NCBI GenBank assembly: GCA_950097015.1
Contig: CATNEN010000038.1
Location: forward strand, 19,654,001 to 19,718,000
Length of the DNA: 64,000 nucleotides
Origin: Macrostomum hystrix
Taxonomy: Eukaryota; Animalia; Platyhelminthes
Direction of reading: 5' to 3'
Positions within the stretch are counted from its first letter, which is position 1, and each line of letters starts with the position of its first letter. The position numbers and the translations under genes were made by a program. The notes beneath the pieces are model-generated. The model was not told the origin of the DNA. It searched no databases and was given only the letters and a program-made list of their open reading frames with translations. Of the stretch, positions 24,823 through 39,500 are shown piece after piece.

Positions 24823-27800
24823 ATGGCTAGCCAAGTTGTTTACAACTCCCAGGCTTACTCCGTCATGTCCTCGTCATCGACCGCTTCATCAATGGCCGGC
24901 GCTGGCACGCCAGAGGACGCTGAGCGGTTGCTAAGTCACGTGACCGAAGACGCTGGCCTACGCAAGGACGCACTGGACGCGCTGATTCGAGCATGCAGAC
25001 GTGGCAACGGCCGATTGGCTCTACGAGATCCAGTGAGCCTGTTCCGATCCGTCAGTTTGGCGTTGCGCGATCCGGACTGGGAGGTGCGAAACAAGGCCGT
25101 CAACCTGCTGGTTGAGGTGACGCCGAAATTTGGCCCGCAGCTCAGCGAAGGCATGGCCGAGGCCCTGCCCGGACTCGTGGCCTGCCTGGCTGACAACAAA
25201 GTGGCCAACAGGTGAGGACTTAAAGGATCCCTAAGGATATCCCTAATTATTCAATGTCGCCCGACGTCAGCATCGTCGAGATATTCAGCGATGTCAAAGG
25301 CCCTTGTGAAAAGGATAACTAACATTGCTCTGCATATGCCTCTGTAGCCGACATAGTTACATTATGATGTTGTGTTATCTCAGTAGTCCTTGATGATAAA
25401 ACAAACTGAATTCATTTTCAATGTACCCAAGGCGAGCTACAACTCAATGCCTGCACACTTACATGAAGACGATGGGCAGCGCCAATACAGAACCAGTTCT
25501 CGGCGCCATCATTCGCTACGGCTTGGACGCCTCCGACCCCGAGCTGCAGAGGAACGTGTGCGTCTCCGTGCCAGTACTGCTCACCCCCGACCTTGCCGGT
25601 GGGAATTTTTCCCAACTCGTTGCCGCTCTGGCTCGCTGTCTGACTAGCAAAGACGAGGCAATGGCTAACGCGGCCCTTCACGCACTCGAGGCAATCAGGT
25701 CGACACTGGGCGATCAGCTGTTCAACGGCTACGTGCAGCAGCTCAACCCGCCTCTGCGGCGCTATTATTATCAGGTGAGACTTGCCAAGGTGTAGGATAG
25801 AATGGATCTACTGTAGGATTGAATGGATCTACTGTAGAATAGAATGGATCTACTGTAGAATAGAATGGATCTACTGTAGGATAGAATGGATCTTGTGTAG
25901 GATAGAATGGATCTTGTGTAGGATAGAATGGATCTACTGTAGGATAGAATGGATCTACTGTAGAATAGAATGGATCTACTGTAGGATAGAATGGATCTAC
26001 TGTAGAATAGAATGGATCTACTGTAGGATAGAATGGATCTACTGTAGGATAGAATGGATCTACTGTAGAATAGAATGGATCTACTGTAGAATAGAATGGA
26101 TCTACTGTAGAATAGAATGGATCTACTGTAGGATAGAATGGATCTTGTGTAGGATAGAATGGATCTACTGTAGGATAGAATGGATCTACTGTAGGATAGA
26201 ATGGATCTACTGTAGAATAGAATGGATCTACTGTAGGATAGAATGGATCTACTGTAGAATAGAATGGATCTACTGTAGGATAGAATGGATCTACTGTAGG
26301 ATAGAATGGATCTACTGTAGAATAGAATGGATCTACTGTAGAATAGAATGGATCTACTGTAGGATAGAATGGATCTACTGTAGAATAGAATGGATCTACT
26401 GTGTGGACTGGACTGGGCAAGGCAATGTCAATCGATTTTCGTCAGTGCTAAGAAATGTCGATTTAATTAGGCTTTGCAAGGTGTGTCGTTAAGGGCGCAA
26501 TAAAATTTAGTTGTGCACATCAGACTGCAGAATTCTTGGCAATGTTTCGGAGATAAAATTTCTCGCGCACACAGAGAGACACACTTTGGAGTGTATCTCA
26601 AGATAGACAAAGTGGGGTCTATAAGGGGTACAGAGATGGGTGCAATGGAAGGATAGTGGGTGTTGGGTTAGGCTGGCAAACATGTCGCTACATAAATTGT
26701 CCACTCCTATGTGAGTGCCTCCTCAGCTGTGTGGGCTACAGATTAAAAACGAATCATATTTTCTGATTCTAAATAGCTAATTCTAACAATCGACCCTCGG
26801 CCATCAAGGTGTCGGGTCATTCAGACCCTATGGCGGTCGCAATGTCAGCCGGGACAGCTGTCGACGCTGCTGCACTGTCGCGAAGTCCCAGTATTCAACG
26901 TCGACCAATTCCTGGCATTGCGGACTCTGCTGTGCCTGCCAGTCAACTTTATCACCACCAGCAGCAGCAGCAGCAGCAGCAGCCAAACCCAGCTCTGTCT
27001 GTCGGCGGCCCGGACGCTTTCGGCTGCGTGCCCCGCTACCTTGTCGATCAACTGGACGATCGTGAAGACTTCAGCCTCCGCGCCCAGGCTATCGAGGATC
27101 TGCGGACCCATCTCAGACAGCTGGACTCTCTGGAGGCCGCTGTGCCGCATCTTGATCGCCTGCTCACGTTTCTTTACAGCCTACTGGACGATGTCAACTT
27201 TCGAATAGCCATCGTCACCCTGGACATTCTCTACCTGCTGGTTAGTCGGCTTGGCAAGCATCTTCAGCCGCACGTTCGCAGCCTGCTGTCTGGCATTTCG
27301 AAGCAAATGTCCGACGGTAAGAATGTAGTTCGGACTGCGTTAATGAAACTGGCGATGCTGCTGATGAACAACCACAGGCCTCAGACGGTGCTGGATCACC
27401 TGCTTACCAACCTGGAGCATCGCAATAGTCGAGTTCGTCAGGAGACGCTCAACATGACCATCGCGGCTTTGGTCACTTTTCCCAGCTCGGACTTTGATTT
27501 GACTCGATTGTGCCATTCTGTTGCTCCCGCATTGCTGGATGCGAAACGACAGGCGAGTGAACATTATGAGTGTGGACTCATGCACTGGGAGCAATGAGCT
27601 GTTTTAGAAGGAGACGGGAAAGATGAGAGAGGGAGATATGAGACTCGATAGACATGAGACACGGGAGAGATGAGACAGGGAAGAGATTAGATAGGGAAGA
27701 AATGAGACCGGAAAGAGATAAGTCCGGGAGAGAAGAGACACAACAGAGATGATACACGGGAGAGATGAGTCACGGGAGAGATGAGACACGGGAGAGATAA

Positions 27801-30800
27801 TACACGGGAGAGATGAGTCACGGGAGAGATGAGACACGGGAGAGATAATACACGGGAGAGATAAGACACGAGAGAGATGAGTCACGGGAGAGATGAGTCA
27901 CGGGAGAGAAGAGTCACGGGAGAGATGAGACACGGGGAGAGATGAGACACGGGAGAGATGAGACACGGGGAGAGATGAGACACGGGAGAGATGAGACACG
28001 GGGAGAGATGAGACACGGGAGAGATGAGACACGGGGAGAGATAATACACGGGAGAGATGAGTCACGGGAGAGATGAGTCACGGGAGAGATGAGACACGGG
28101 AGAGATGAGACACGGGAGAGATGATACACGGGAGAGATGAGTCACGGGAGAGATGAGACACGGGAGAGATAATACACGGGAGAGATGAGTCACGGGAGAG
28201 ATGAGACACGGGAGAGATAATACACGGGAGAGATAAGACACGAGAGAGATGAGTCACGGGAGAGATGAGTCACGGGAGAGAAGAGTCACGGGAGAGATGA
28301 GACACGGGGAGAGATGAGACACGGGAGAGATGAGACACGGGGAGAGATGAGACACGGGAGAGATGAGACACGGGGAGAGATGAGACACGGGAGAGATGAG
28401 ACACGGGGAGAGATAATACACGGGAGAGATGAGTCACGGGAGAGATGAGTCACGGGAGAGATGAGACACGGGAGAGATGAGACACGGGGAGAGATAATAC
28501 ACGGGAGAGATGAGACACGGGGAGAGATAATACACGGGAGAGATAATACACGGGAGAGATGAGACACGGGGAGAGATGAGACACGGGAGAGATGAGTCAC
28601 GGGAGAGATGAGTCACGGGAGAGATGAGACACGGGAGAGATGAGTCACGGGAGAGATGAGTCACGGGAGAGATGAGACACAGGGAGAGATGATACACGGG
28701 AGAGATGAGACACGGGGAGAGATGAGACACGTGTGAGTTATTATCACAGAGGAGATTAGACATAACACTCTATAACCAGAACCATAGTTACTAGGACCAT
28801 TTGTCGAAAAACTGGATGAAAGAAACCACCTGCCGCCTCCACAGGTCCGACACGCCGCCCTGGAGGTCATGGCGCTCCTGGCACAAAGTCTCGGCAGCGG
28901 CCGGCTGCAGCCGTTGCAGCAGGCTGTTCGCGAGCAGGAACTTCGCTCGGAAGCTGACGGCCTGTTCGAGGCGGTGATGACCCGGCTGGCCAAGCGTCAG
29001 CTGCCCCGGCTGAATCCCGAGGGCCTGGTTGAATACGCCATCCCGGTGCCATCGTCGGCGACTCGACGACCAGGTGGCGGCGGTATCGGTAGCGGTGGCG
29101 GAGCCAACGAAGATTGGGTGATGCAGGCAGCTGCTGGCGGCTACGGCTCAGCCAGGTCTCGGTCTGAGCTGGTGGACCTTGAAGCCGACTTAAGTAAGCC
29201 CTGAGCATATTCTGGGTTGGACAATATGCAGTGCTGAACCTTCTTAGTCACTTCAGAGTGGAAACGTTGAGAGCCTCGTAATACACTTGACAGATAGAAG
29301 AGTGCCTCGTAATAGTTTGATGGATAGTTGAAGCCTACGATATGGCACTGATTTAGTGGGTTGAGAGCCTTATCTTTCACTGATTGGGCGTTGATACCCT
29401 CTTCATAGCACTGATTGGGCGTAGAGAGCCTCATCATCACATGATTTCGCGTAGAGCCTTATCATAGCACTGAGTGGGCGTAGAGAGCCTCATATTTGCA
29501 TGATTGGCATAGAGGGCCTCATCATAGCAAGATTGGGCGAAGAAAGCCTCATTAAAGGATTGGGCGTTGAGAGCCTTATCATTGCATGGTTTCGAGTAGA
29601 GCCTTATCATAGCACTGATTGGGCGTAGAAAACCTCATCATAGCATGATTGGGTGTAGAAAGCCTCATCATAGCATTACTGGCATAGAATACCTCATCAT
29701 AGCATTACTGGCATAGAATACCTCATCATAGCATTACTGGCATAGAATACCTCATCATAGCACTGATTGGGCGTAGAAAACCTCATCATAACATGATTGG
29801 GTGTAGAAAGCCTCATCATAACATGATTGGGTGTAGAAAGCCTCATCATAACATGATTGGGTGTAGAAAGCTTCATCATAGCACTGATTGGGTGTAGAAA
29901 GCTTCATCATAACATGATTGGGTGTAGAAAACCTCATCATAGCATTACTGGCATAGAATACCTCATCATAACATGATTGGGTGTAGAAAGCCTCATCATA
30001 ACATGATTGGGTGTAGAAAGCTTCATCATAGCACTGATTGGGTGTAGAAAGCTTCATCATAACATGATTGGGTGTAGAAAACCTCATCATAGCATTACTG
30101 GCATAGAATACCTCATCATAACATGATTGGGTGTAGAAAGCCTCATCATAACATGATTGGGTGTAGAAAGCCTCATCATAGCACTGATTGGGTGTAGAAA
30201 GCTTCATCATAGCACTGATTGGGTGTAGAAAGCTTCATCATAGCATGATTGGGTGTAGAAAGCTTCATCATAACATTATTGGGTGTAGAAAGCCTCATCA
30301 TAACATGATTGGGTGTAGAAAGCTTCATCATAGCACTGATTGGGCGTAGAGAGCCTCAAAATAGCACTGAACTCCGTGGTAGAGAACCTTAACAGTACAT
30401 CTCAACCTCAACAGCTAATATTGGCAGAGGGAGCCTCAATTGACTGTAAATAGTGATTGCAAAAACCTGTAGTTATTGCCTAAGAAGTGGTTTTATAATC
30501 ATTTTCCAAATATGCTAGCTGCACTTATTTATCATATTGTAAAGAGCATTGATAAGATCTTTAATAGGTTCGTAAATAGAAAATCATAAAATTAAGGACG
30601 CATTTTACATACCCCAAAAACAAAGAATTTTTTTCATATATTTTTCGCCTAAAAAAATACCAGTGACGTTTTGAGTTGAGAACTTTCACAATACGCAGTC
30701 ATGTATAGATAGCAATAGGTCTGGACTTCGTACATAAATTCGAGTCTACTTATCAGCTAGTTCAAGACAAACTAGTCGAAGCCTATCTGATAAGCGGCTA

Positions 30801-33800
30801 GCAAACATATTTTACTGCGCATTTGTGCATTGGCCTTCTTAAGAGATAGCTTGGGCTGGGCTTTTTGTGTACTTTTAAACACTTTTTGACAAAATGCAAA
30901 ATTTCAGTTGCGGCATCGGACAGACGCAAGTCCAGCGCCGGCCGCTTCGCCAAAGGCAAATTGCCATGGGAACCTGGCGCAGAAGCAGGCCCCACTCTAA
31001 GTCAAGAAGCTCCAAGAGTGAGTGATCGACTTGAAACTCATCGACCTCATTTCTCACACCTCCATTCCAGACCATAGAACACCCACCTCATTCCTCACGC
31101 CTCCATTCCAGACTATAGAACATCCACCTCATTTATAACACCTCCAATTCAGACCATAGAACACCCACCTCATTCCTCACGCCTCCATTCCAGACCATAG
31201 AACACCTACCTCATTCCTCACGCCTCCATTCCAGACTATAGAACATCCACCTCATTTCTCACACCTCCATTCTAGACCATAAAACACCCACATCACTCCT
31301 CAACCTCTACACCAGACCATAAAACACCCACCTCATTTCTCAGACCTCAATTTCAGAACAAAGAACACCCACCTCATTCCTCACACGTTTATTCGAGACC
31401 ATATAACACCCACGTCATTCCTCAAACCTCCATTCCAAATGCACATCTATAAATTTTCATCGAAATAGATTTAACCAGCTTAAAACTGGTTTTCTGATTT
31501 CGTGACGTAAATCATTCAGATTAATTTGCATTCTGAAAACTAACTGAATTTTCGCGTGTATCAGAAATGCTGTATACTCTGAAAAAAGCTATGAAAATAT
31601 GCTTTAGGGTAAAATCTATATTCTATTGTGAATTGAAGAGCATTGTGCTGAGAACAATAGTGCCATATTTTTTTTCCAGGAGACTGCTATCTATCCAGAC
31701 TAGTAAAAATGTGAATATAAAATGCGTCTGTTGTTGAATTTAAAATAGAACTCAACCTTACTGATTTGCCTCACTGAGTAAGGGGGCGAATAATTTTTAA
31801 GTATATTTCCTGCAAAATATAGCTAGGGATTTCAACTGGGCCACTATCAACACATTATTGAAATTATTTTTGGTTGAATATAATGGCCAGTTTATCGATT
31901 TGACATTTAAAATGGTTGAAATGACCTATTCTGGCTAAGAAATGACCATTTTGAGGTTCAGAATGGCAGGAATGACCTATTCTGACTAAGAAATGATTAT
32001 TTTGAGGTTCAGAATGGCAGGAATGACCTATTCTGGCTAAGAAATGACCATTTTGAGGTTCAGGATGGCTGCAATGATCGATTTTGGCTAAGAAATGATC
32101 ATTTAAAGGTTCAGAATGGCTGCAATGACCTATTCTGGCTAAGAAATGATTATTTTGAGGTTCAGAATGGCTACAATGACTTATTCTGGCTAAGAAATGA
32201 TTATTTTGAGGTTCAGAATGGCTGCAATGACCTATTCTGGCTAAGAAATGACCATTTTGAGGTTCAAGATGGCTGCAATGATCTATTTTGGCTGAGAAAT
32301 GATCATTTAAAGGTTCAGAATGGCAGCAATGACCTATTCTGGCTAAGAAATGACCATTTTGAGGTTCAGAATGGCAGGAATGACCTATTCTGACTAAGAA
32401 ATGATTATTTTGAGGTTCAGAATGGCAGCAATGACCTATTCTGGCTAAGAAATGACCATTTTGAGGTTCAGGATGGCTGCAATGATCTATTTTGGCTGAG
32501 AAATGATCATTTAAAGGTTCAGAATGGCAGGAATGACCTATTCTGGCTAAGAAATGACCATTTTGAGGTTCAGAATGGCAGGAATGACCTATTCTGACTA
32601 AGAAATGATTATTTTGAGGTTCAGGATGGCTGCAATGATCTATTTTGGCTGAGAAATGATTATTTTGAGGTTCAGAATGGCTGCAATGACCTATTTTTTG
32701 GGTTTAAGATGGCTGAAATGACTCTTCTAGGGTTCAGGATTACCGGTTTTCTAAATTAATAAAACTAGAAGTCAATTTTTTTAATACAAGTTTTCGGACT
32801 TGTTCAGTTTTGAATTGTCCACTAAATTATCGCTGTGCTACGAGCTAGAACTGTAAGTTTATGCTAGTGGTTGCGTTTGAGTTTGCATGCCATTGTGCTG
32901 TGAACTACAGTTTGTTTAGTGAACCCAATTCCACAAGTACAGAGAGTGAAGGGAGCGGACGCCTAGAAAGACAGCTAGCGGGTTTAGATTCTGATGGCAC
33001 ACTTCATCGCCAAGCCGTTAGGCGTGTTAACAGTGTACAGTATTCAACGTGTTCATCTTGCTGGCCAAATAGGCTGTAATATTATAGTTAGTGGCCTTCG
33101 GATAGCAGCTTCTCAGAGGCAAATCAGAACTGCACTATAATAGTGTAGTATATATATTTGCCTGGCTGAATAGAAAGCAGAAGATGAGCTTCATTTTAGG
33201 GTAGGGTCAGAGAAAGAGAGCGACTGCAGAATGAGAATGAGGCAGAGAGACTAAGAGAGGCTTAAGCCTACACTTTGGCGATGGTTTGACTGTTTATTTT
33301 TTTCCTTTCAACTATAGCTGTGCGACTATATCCACACTGGCCCACCTACCTGCCTACAAATTTCTGTCTTCTCAACTGCAGATGAAGAAGTGCTTAGAAA
33401 ATGGACCAGTTAATTTCTTGCAGCGTGCAAGAGACAGCAAGAAGACTCTATAAGATTGAAACAGTAAATTTAAAGCATTCAAGTTTCAACTAATTGTTTG
33501 ACAATAAAGTTTGCACAATGTTTTTCACATTTAAACAGAGATGAAGCAGTTTTGATAAATAAAATATGCATGCGAATCAGTCTTCTTGATTCTAGCAAGT
33601 ACGCGTGTTCTTCCAAGAATACTTCGGAGACAGTACTAGTTTAGCTGCAATGCTAGCGAATAAAAAATAATAATGATTGCAGCAGGGCTGCGGGCAATGG
33701 CACATCATTTTGTGACACTAGACCCGCAGCCAGCGAGGAGCCTATTCTGCCTATTTCGCTGACTCCTGAGTACACACGTACACAGATACCGTACTCAGGT

Positions 33801-34204
33801 ACACGCTTACATGGGTGTGTACGTCTGCCCTGACTTTCTCATCGTCAAGCAGTGCACACTCTCACTTTGGCTTGGAGGCGCCCTCAATTAGCGTAAACTG
33901 CACGACAAGCCCCCAAGCCTTCTCTCCGCGGCTGCGCCCCAAATGAATGAGGCCTCGCTGCGGAATCGAGCTCAGGGACCTCGGTGCGAGAGGCAAACGC
34001 GTTTGACCGCTGTCACTCACCCCCGTGATGACTAGAAAGTCAGAGTAAATGTACACAACTGTCCCCGTGTGCTTGGTAAAATTTCCCGATAAACTCATTG
34101 CCTCCTAACTTGCTTCTAGTCGGGTTGTTATCAAAAGGGCTTGTAATTCCCCGAAGTCTTGTATAAATATTTTTTTCATGCGTTCTTGACAGACCAAACC
34201 ACAA

Positions 34205-34244
<40 letters not shown>

Positions 34245-34312
34245 AACAGCCCCAGCAGCAACAACACCAGCAGCAGCAGCAGCAGCAGCAGCCTAAACAG
34301 TCCCAGCAACAA

Positions 34313-34346
<34 letters not shown>

Positions 34347-36541
34347 AACAGCCCCAGCAACAACAGCAGCAGCAGCCACCTAAGCCAGCACAGCAGCAGC
34401 AGCAGCCAACCCGATCCAATGACTCAACGACGTCATCTACCGTGCCGAAAACTCGTCAGCAGCAGCCGATTCAGCAGCAGCAGCAGCAGCCGCCGCCGCC
34501 ACCTCCACCGCAGTCGCACCAGGCGCCAGTGATGCAGCAGCCAACCGAGCCCGTTCAGCAGGGTCCCAGCGCCTATGTTACCAACGGCCGGGTGAAAAAG
34601 TTCTCAGACATTCCGCCAGAGCAGCCGCGCAAAGTGAAGCGGTTTCTAGAACAGTCTGAGCTCTACCAAGGCGAGTCAGCTTCTCAGGGTAAGGCTTCTA
34701 TTAGCTTAGTTATCTGATCTAAATTGTTGATTGGCAGCGCCGATTCGAACCCCAGACCTTTGCAGATACGCTCTTTTTGTTAGTTTTCTTTTTAGTTTAT
34801 CTTAGTCTCTGTCAATAACAATATTCGTTTTTAATTGAGGTATTAATTATAAGCTTGCATAATATGTACGTGAAAGATATTGATCGAATTTTATATTTAC
34901 TTGATATTATTTGTAAATTAAATAGCTTCATTTCTTCTAATCGATTCCTAATTTTAGTTTTAATTGCATTATTCAATTTAATGACCAGTTTTGTTTGTCC
35001 ATTGTGTAGTTTAAAAAGAGATAATTGTATGCCTCTTGTGCCCTGAGTGTCAATTGATATGAAAATGTTGCTAACTTTATGCAAAGAATTTAGCTGTGCT
35101 GTGTGCGATAAAAACACAGGGAATCATTGGAACAGCAGCAACAGCAGCAGCAGCAGTACCAGCACAAAAGGTTCCTATTCAAAGATATTGGAACAGCAGC
35201 AGCAGCAGCAGCAGTCGAAGCCTCGACCCCAGAAGGCAAAGCGCCCAGAACTGATTACCACAGAAGTTTTGGATGATTTGCCTTCAACTAGTCGTTCGTT
35301 AACTGGAGCTCAGCAGCATGAGTATGCTGAGAACTCTGGAAAGTTGCCAGCCATTGTAAAACAGCAGCAGCTGCCACAGATGCAGGCTCAAAACAACAAA
35401 AAAGTTGTCGGTGAGATGGCACCCAAGAAGCGAATAGAAAAATCTGCCGATTACAGATTCAACAAATAAGCACTCCCATTTGCTGAGTTTTTGCTGGAAT
35501 GCACGATTGGCTTTGATTCGATTTTGTTATTAATTTTACTCATCCAATATCTAACAGCAGTGCAAACGCTGCGTGCACAAACAAAACACATTTTTACTGA
35601 CATTTGAAATTTAGCCAAAATGCAGTGACACTATTTTTAGCATCCAAGGTCAGCAAAGGTCAGCTAGCATGCCAGACTTGCGTGATTGTATTTATGGGGT
35701 GTGACTTAAGGATGTTATTTTTAGCATCCAAGGTCAGCAAAGGTCAGCTAGCATGCCAGACTTGCGTGATTGTATTTATGGGGTGTGACTTAAGGATGTT
35801 ATTTTTAGCATCCAAGGTCAGCAAAGGTCAGCTAGCATGCCAGAGTGGCATGTTTGGCGGGTGTTAGAAAGAAATTTATTTTAAGTATCTAAGGTTATAT
35901 ACAAGCACGCGATGCATGCGTGAATTATCTAGCTATTCAGGGAAAATCTATTAATGAGATTAAATTGGGTCAAGTTAGAATCATAAATCACAAAATAAGT
36001 ACTGTCAAGTTGCGTTTAGTTAGCAAAAATCAGTAAAAATGAAAATAAAACAGGCTAATATTTTTTCAATTGCTTGAAATAATATAACAAATGGCAAATG
36101 TTATTAATCGAACTCATGACTATTTATTTAATCGGCGAGTTTTTTGCTTATATGCTACGCTTTACGACATGTTTAAATGCTAGCAGAGCTGTTATTTCAG
36201 AACTCATAAGCATATGATATTGATTTACTCAATTAAAACGCTTTGTTATTTTACTACTATTTGGAAGCACAAAAATGCACAAGGCACAGCAAAAATTAAC
36301 AATCGAAAACTACAATTCGTTTAAATAAAATTTGTGTTTTTTAGATTCAAATTTACAGGAACACGCAGAGCAAAGTGTGTTGAGTTTAGTAGTTGAACAC
36401 GATATTTGCACAAACTTTACCTAAATGTGAATCCAATGTTTGGGGAATTCATTTAGGATTAAAAATTACGGATAAAAACACGACTGTTGCAGTGACATTG
36501 AAATTAGCTGAAAGGACTGACGCCCTCAAAGAGCATCAGCA

Positions 36542-36573
<32 letters not shown>

Positions 36574-39500
36574 TACCTCCAGTTCGCGTTGCTGCTAACG
36601 TAGTCAAAGCACCAGGAAGTACAGCTAAAGGTGTCAAAGACTGAACCTGTAGTGTGTTCCGTGTGAAAATCCTTTCCTTAGCAAAAGAACTAGTCTTTTT
36701 CGAAAAAAGTTCACTTTTATAAACCAGTCCATCATCTCAAATCCTTCCACCTCTTGGTAATGTGTTTCTTCTGATTCTTAGAACTAAAATTGCTGCTCTG
36801 AGTTCTCAGAAACTAAAACAAACAAACAAACAAACAAATAAACAATATTAGCATTGGTTTTGGTAAAAACATATTAGTTTAATGATCAGGTTTGGGTATT
36901 TGTATTAGTTATATTGATTTGTTCTTTTAGTTAACAACTAACTGCTAACAAAGAATTTTCATTTTAACAATTGGAGACCTTGTTTAATATATAAGAAATT
37001 AAAATACGAAAGCTAGCGACTAACATACCAAGATTGAATTTACGGTAAAAAATGACAAGCCAATAAGAAACTTTTAATTAACAAATCACACTCGCACCAA
37101 ATCAACAGAACCCGTCGGCTTCACTGACACCAGACGAAAGCAGATGCCAGCAACCAGCGACTCGGGCAATGGAGATGGTAAACGCACATAGCACTCAGAT
37201 ATACTCTTAAACCCTTGACTAACACTCCCTGTCTGACACTCCCTGTCTGACACTCCCTATCTGACACTCCCTGTCTGACACTCCCTGTCTGACACTCCCT
37301 GTCTGACACTCCCTGTCTGACACTCCCTGTCTGACACTCCCTGTCTGACACTCCCTGTCTGACACTCCCTGTCTGACACTCCCTGTCTGACACTCCCTGT
37401 CTGACACTCCCTGTCTGACACTCCCTGTCTGACACTCCCTGTCTGACACTCCCTGTCTGACACTCCCTGTCTGACACTCCCTGTCTAACACTCCCTGTCT
37501 GACACTCCCTGTCTGACACTCCCTGTCTGACACTCCCTGTCTGACACTCCCTGTCTGACACTCCCTGTCTGACACTCCCTGTCTGACACTCCCTGTCTGA
37601 CACTCCATGTCTGACACTCCCTGTCTGACACTCCCTGTCTGACACTCCCTGTCTGACACTCCCTGTCTGACACTCCCTGTCTGACACTCCCTGTCTGACA
37701 CTCCCTGTCTGACACTCTCTGTCTAAGACTCCCTGTCTGACACTCCATGTCTGACACTCCCTGTCTGACACTCCCTGTCTGACACTCCCTGTCTGACACT
37801 CCCTGTCTGACACTCCCTGTCTGACACTCCCTGTCTGACACTCCCTGTCTGACACTCCCTGTCTGACACTCCCTGTCTGACACTCTCTGTCTAAGACTCT
37901 CTGTCTGACACTCCATGTCTGACACTCCCTGTCTAACACTCCCTGTCTGACACTCCCTGTCTAACACTCCCTGTCTGACACTCACTGTCTGACACTCCCT
38001 GTCTGACACTCCCTGTCTGACACTCCCTGTCTGACACTCCCTGTCTGACACTCCCTGTCTGACACTCCCTGTCTGACACTCCCTGTCTGACACTCCCTGT
38101 CTGACACTCCCTGTCTGACACTCCCTGTCTGACACTCCCTGTCTGACACTCCATGTCTGACACTCCCTGTCTAACACTCCCTGTCTGACACTCCCTGTCT
38201 GACACTCCCTGTCTGACACTCCCTGTCTAACACTCCCTGTCTGACACTCCATGTCTGACACTCCATGTCTGACACTCCCTGTCTGACACTCCCTGTCTGA
38301 CACTCCCTGTCTGGCACTCCCTGTCTGACACTCCCTGTCTGACACTCCCTGTCTGACACTCCCTGTCTGACACTCTCTGTCTAAGACTCCCTGTCTGACA
38401 CTCACTGTCTGACACTCCCTGTCTGACGCTCTCTGTCTAACACTTATTTCTATCTCTTGAATCCATTGCACATCTAATTCTAATTGTACTTCGACTTCTA
38501 TTATTCATTTTTTATGTTGACAATGTTAATATTCTTGCCATATAATGCTTTCCTAATAAACTGTGCAATAGAGAAACACCTGAAATATTATCGGCATAGG
38601 GTGGGTATTTTGTGAGATGGGTTCTCGCCATTCGCGTCTCAGTCTTTCTGTCTTTGTCTGGCATTTTATGTGTCCTAATAAGAAAATATGAAGCAAAAAG
38701 TTTATATACATTTCTAAATGCAGGCAGACAGTGTTTACGAATGTAATAAAAATAGGATGGTTTGAATGAGGTCAAAGGCAGAGTGTACTGACAGAGACGA
38801 GACTGTGCTGGGCGAAGAGGCAGCTAAGCTTTATCGACATTCACCAGTTCAACTTTTGTCCTTTTCTGTTTCTACCTTTCTCTGAATTTCTCTCTGTCTC
38901 TTTGTCTATCTCACCGTCTATCTCACTGTCTATCTCACTGTCTATCTCACCGTCTATCTCACTGTCTATCTCACTGACAGTGAGATATCTTCTGATATCT
39001 GACTATCTTCTGAAGTCATCGTATGTTCTGTCTGATCTAATCTACCAGTCTCCTTATATTCTGTCTGATCTAATCTCCCAGTCTCCTTATATTCTGTCTG
39101 ATCTAATCTCCCAGTCTCCTTATATTCTGTCTGATCTAATCTCCCAGTCTCCTTATATTCTGTCTGATCTAATGTCTCAGTCTCATTATCTACTCTCTGA
39201 TCTAAACTCATCTTTCTCTACCCTCTGATCTAATCTCATCCTTATCTACCCTCTGATCTAATCTCATCCTTATCTACCCACTGATCTAATCTCGGTTGCG
39301 TTACCATAATTTCTATCCGAAAAAATTGCAGTTTCCGCGTTTGCGGAGCCAGCCTCGCCGGTTCCACTGAAGCCGCAGCTCGCGCGCTCCGCTGGCAAGA
39401 AGCCGAAGCGGGCCGCCAACGGCGCGGCTGCGGAATCACCCGCCGACTCCGGCGTGGTCGCAGCTCCTACGTCCACGGCCAGCTCAACGGCTCCGTCTTC

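Noticed and set aside
25743-26492. (CRIEWIY)n and (TVDPFYP)n ORFs
   Set aside because: 21-bp intronic minisatellite; the flanking exons splice in phase around it.
33382-33453. Possible short terminal exon (CAG|ATGAAG...TAA) in a TOGARAM1 intron
   Set aside because: Phase-compatible but only 23 codons, with no homology or transcript support.
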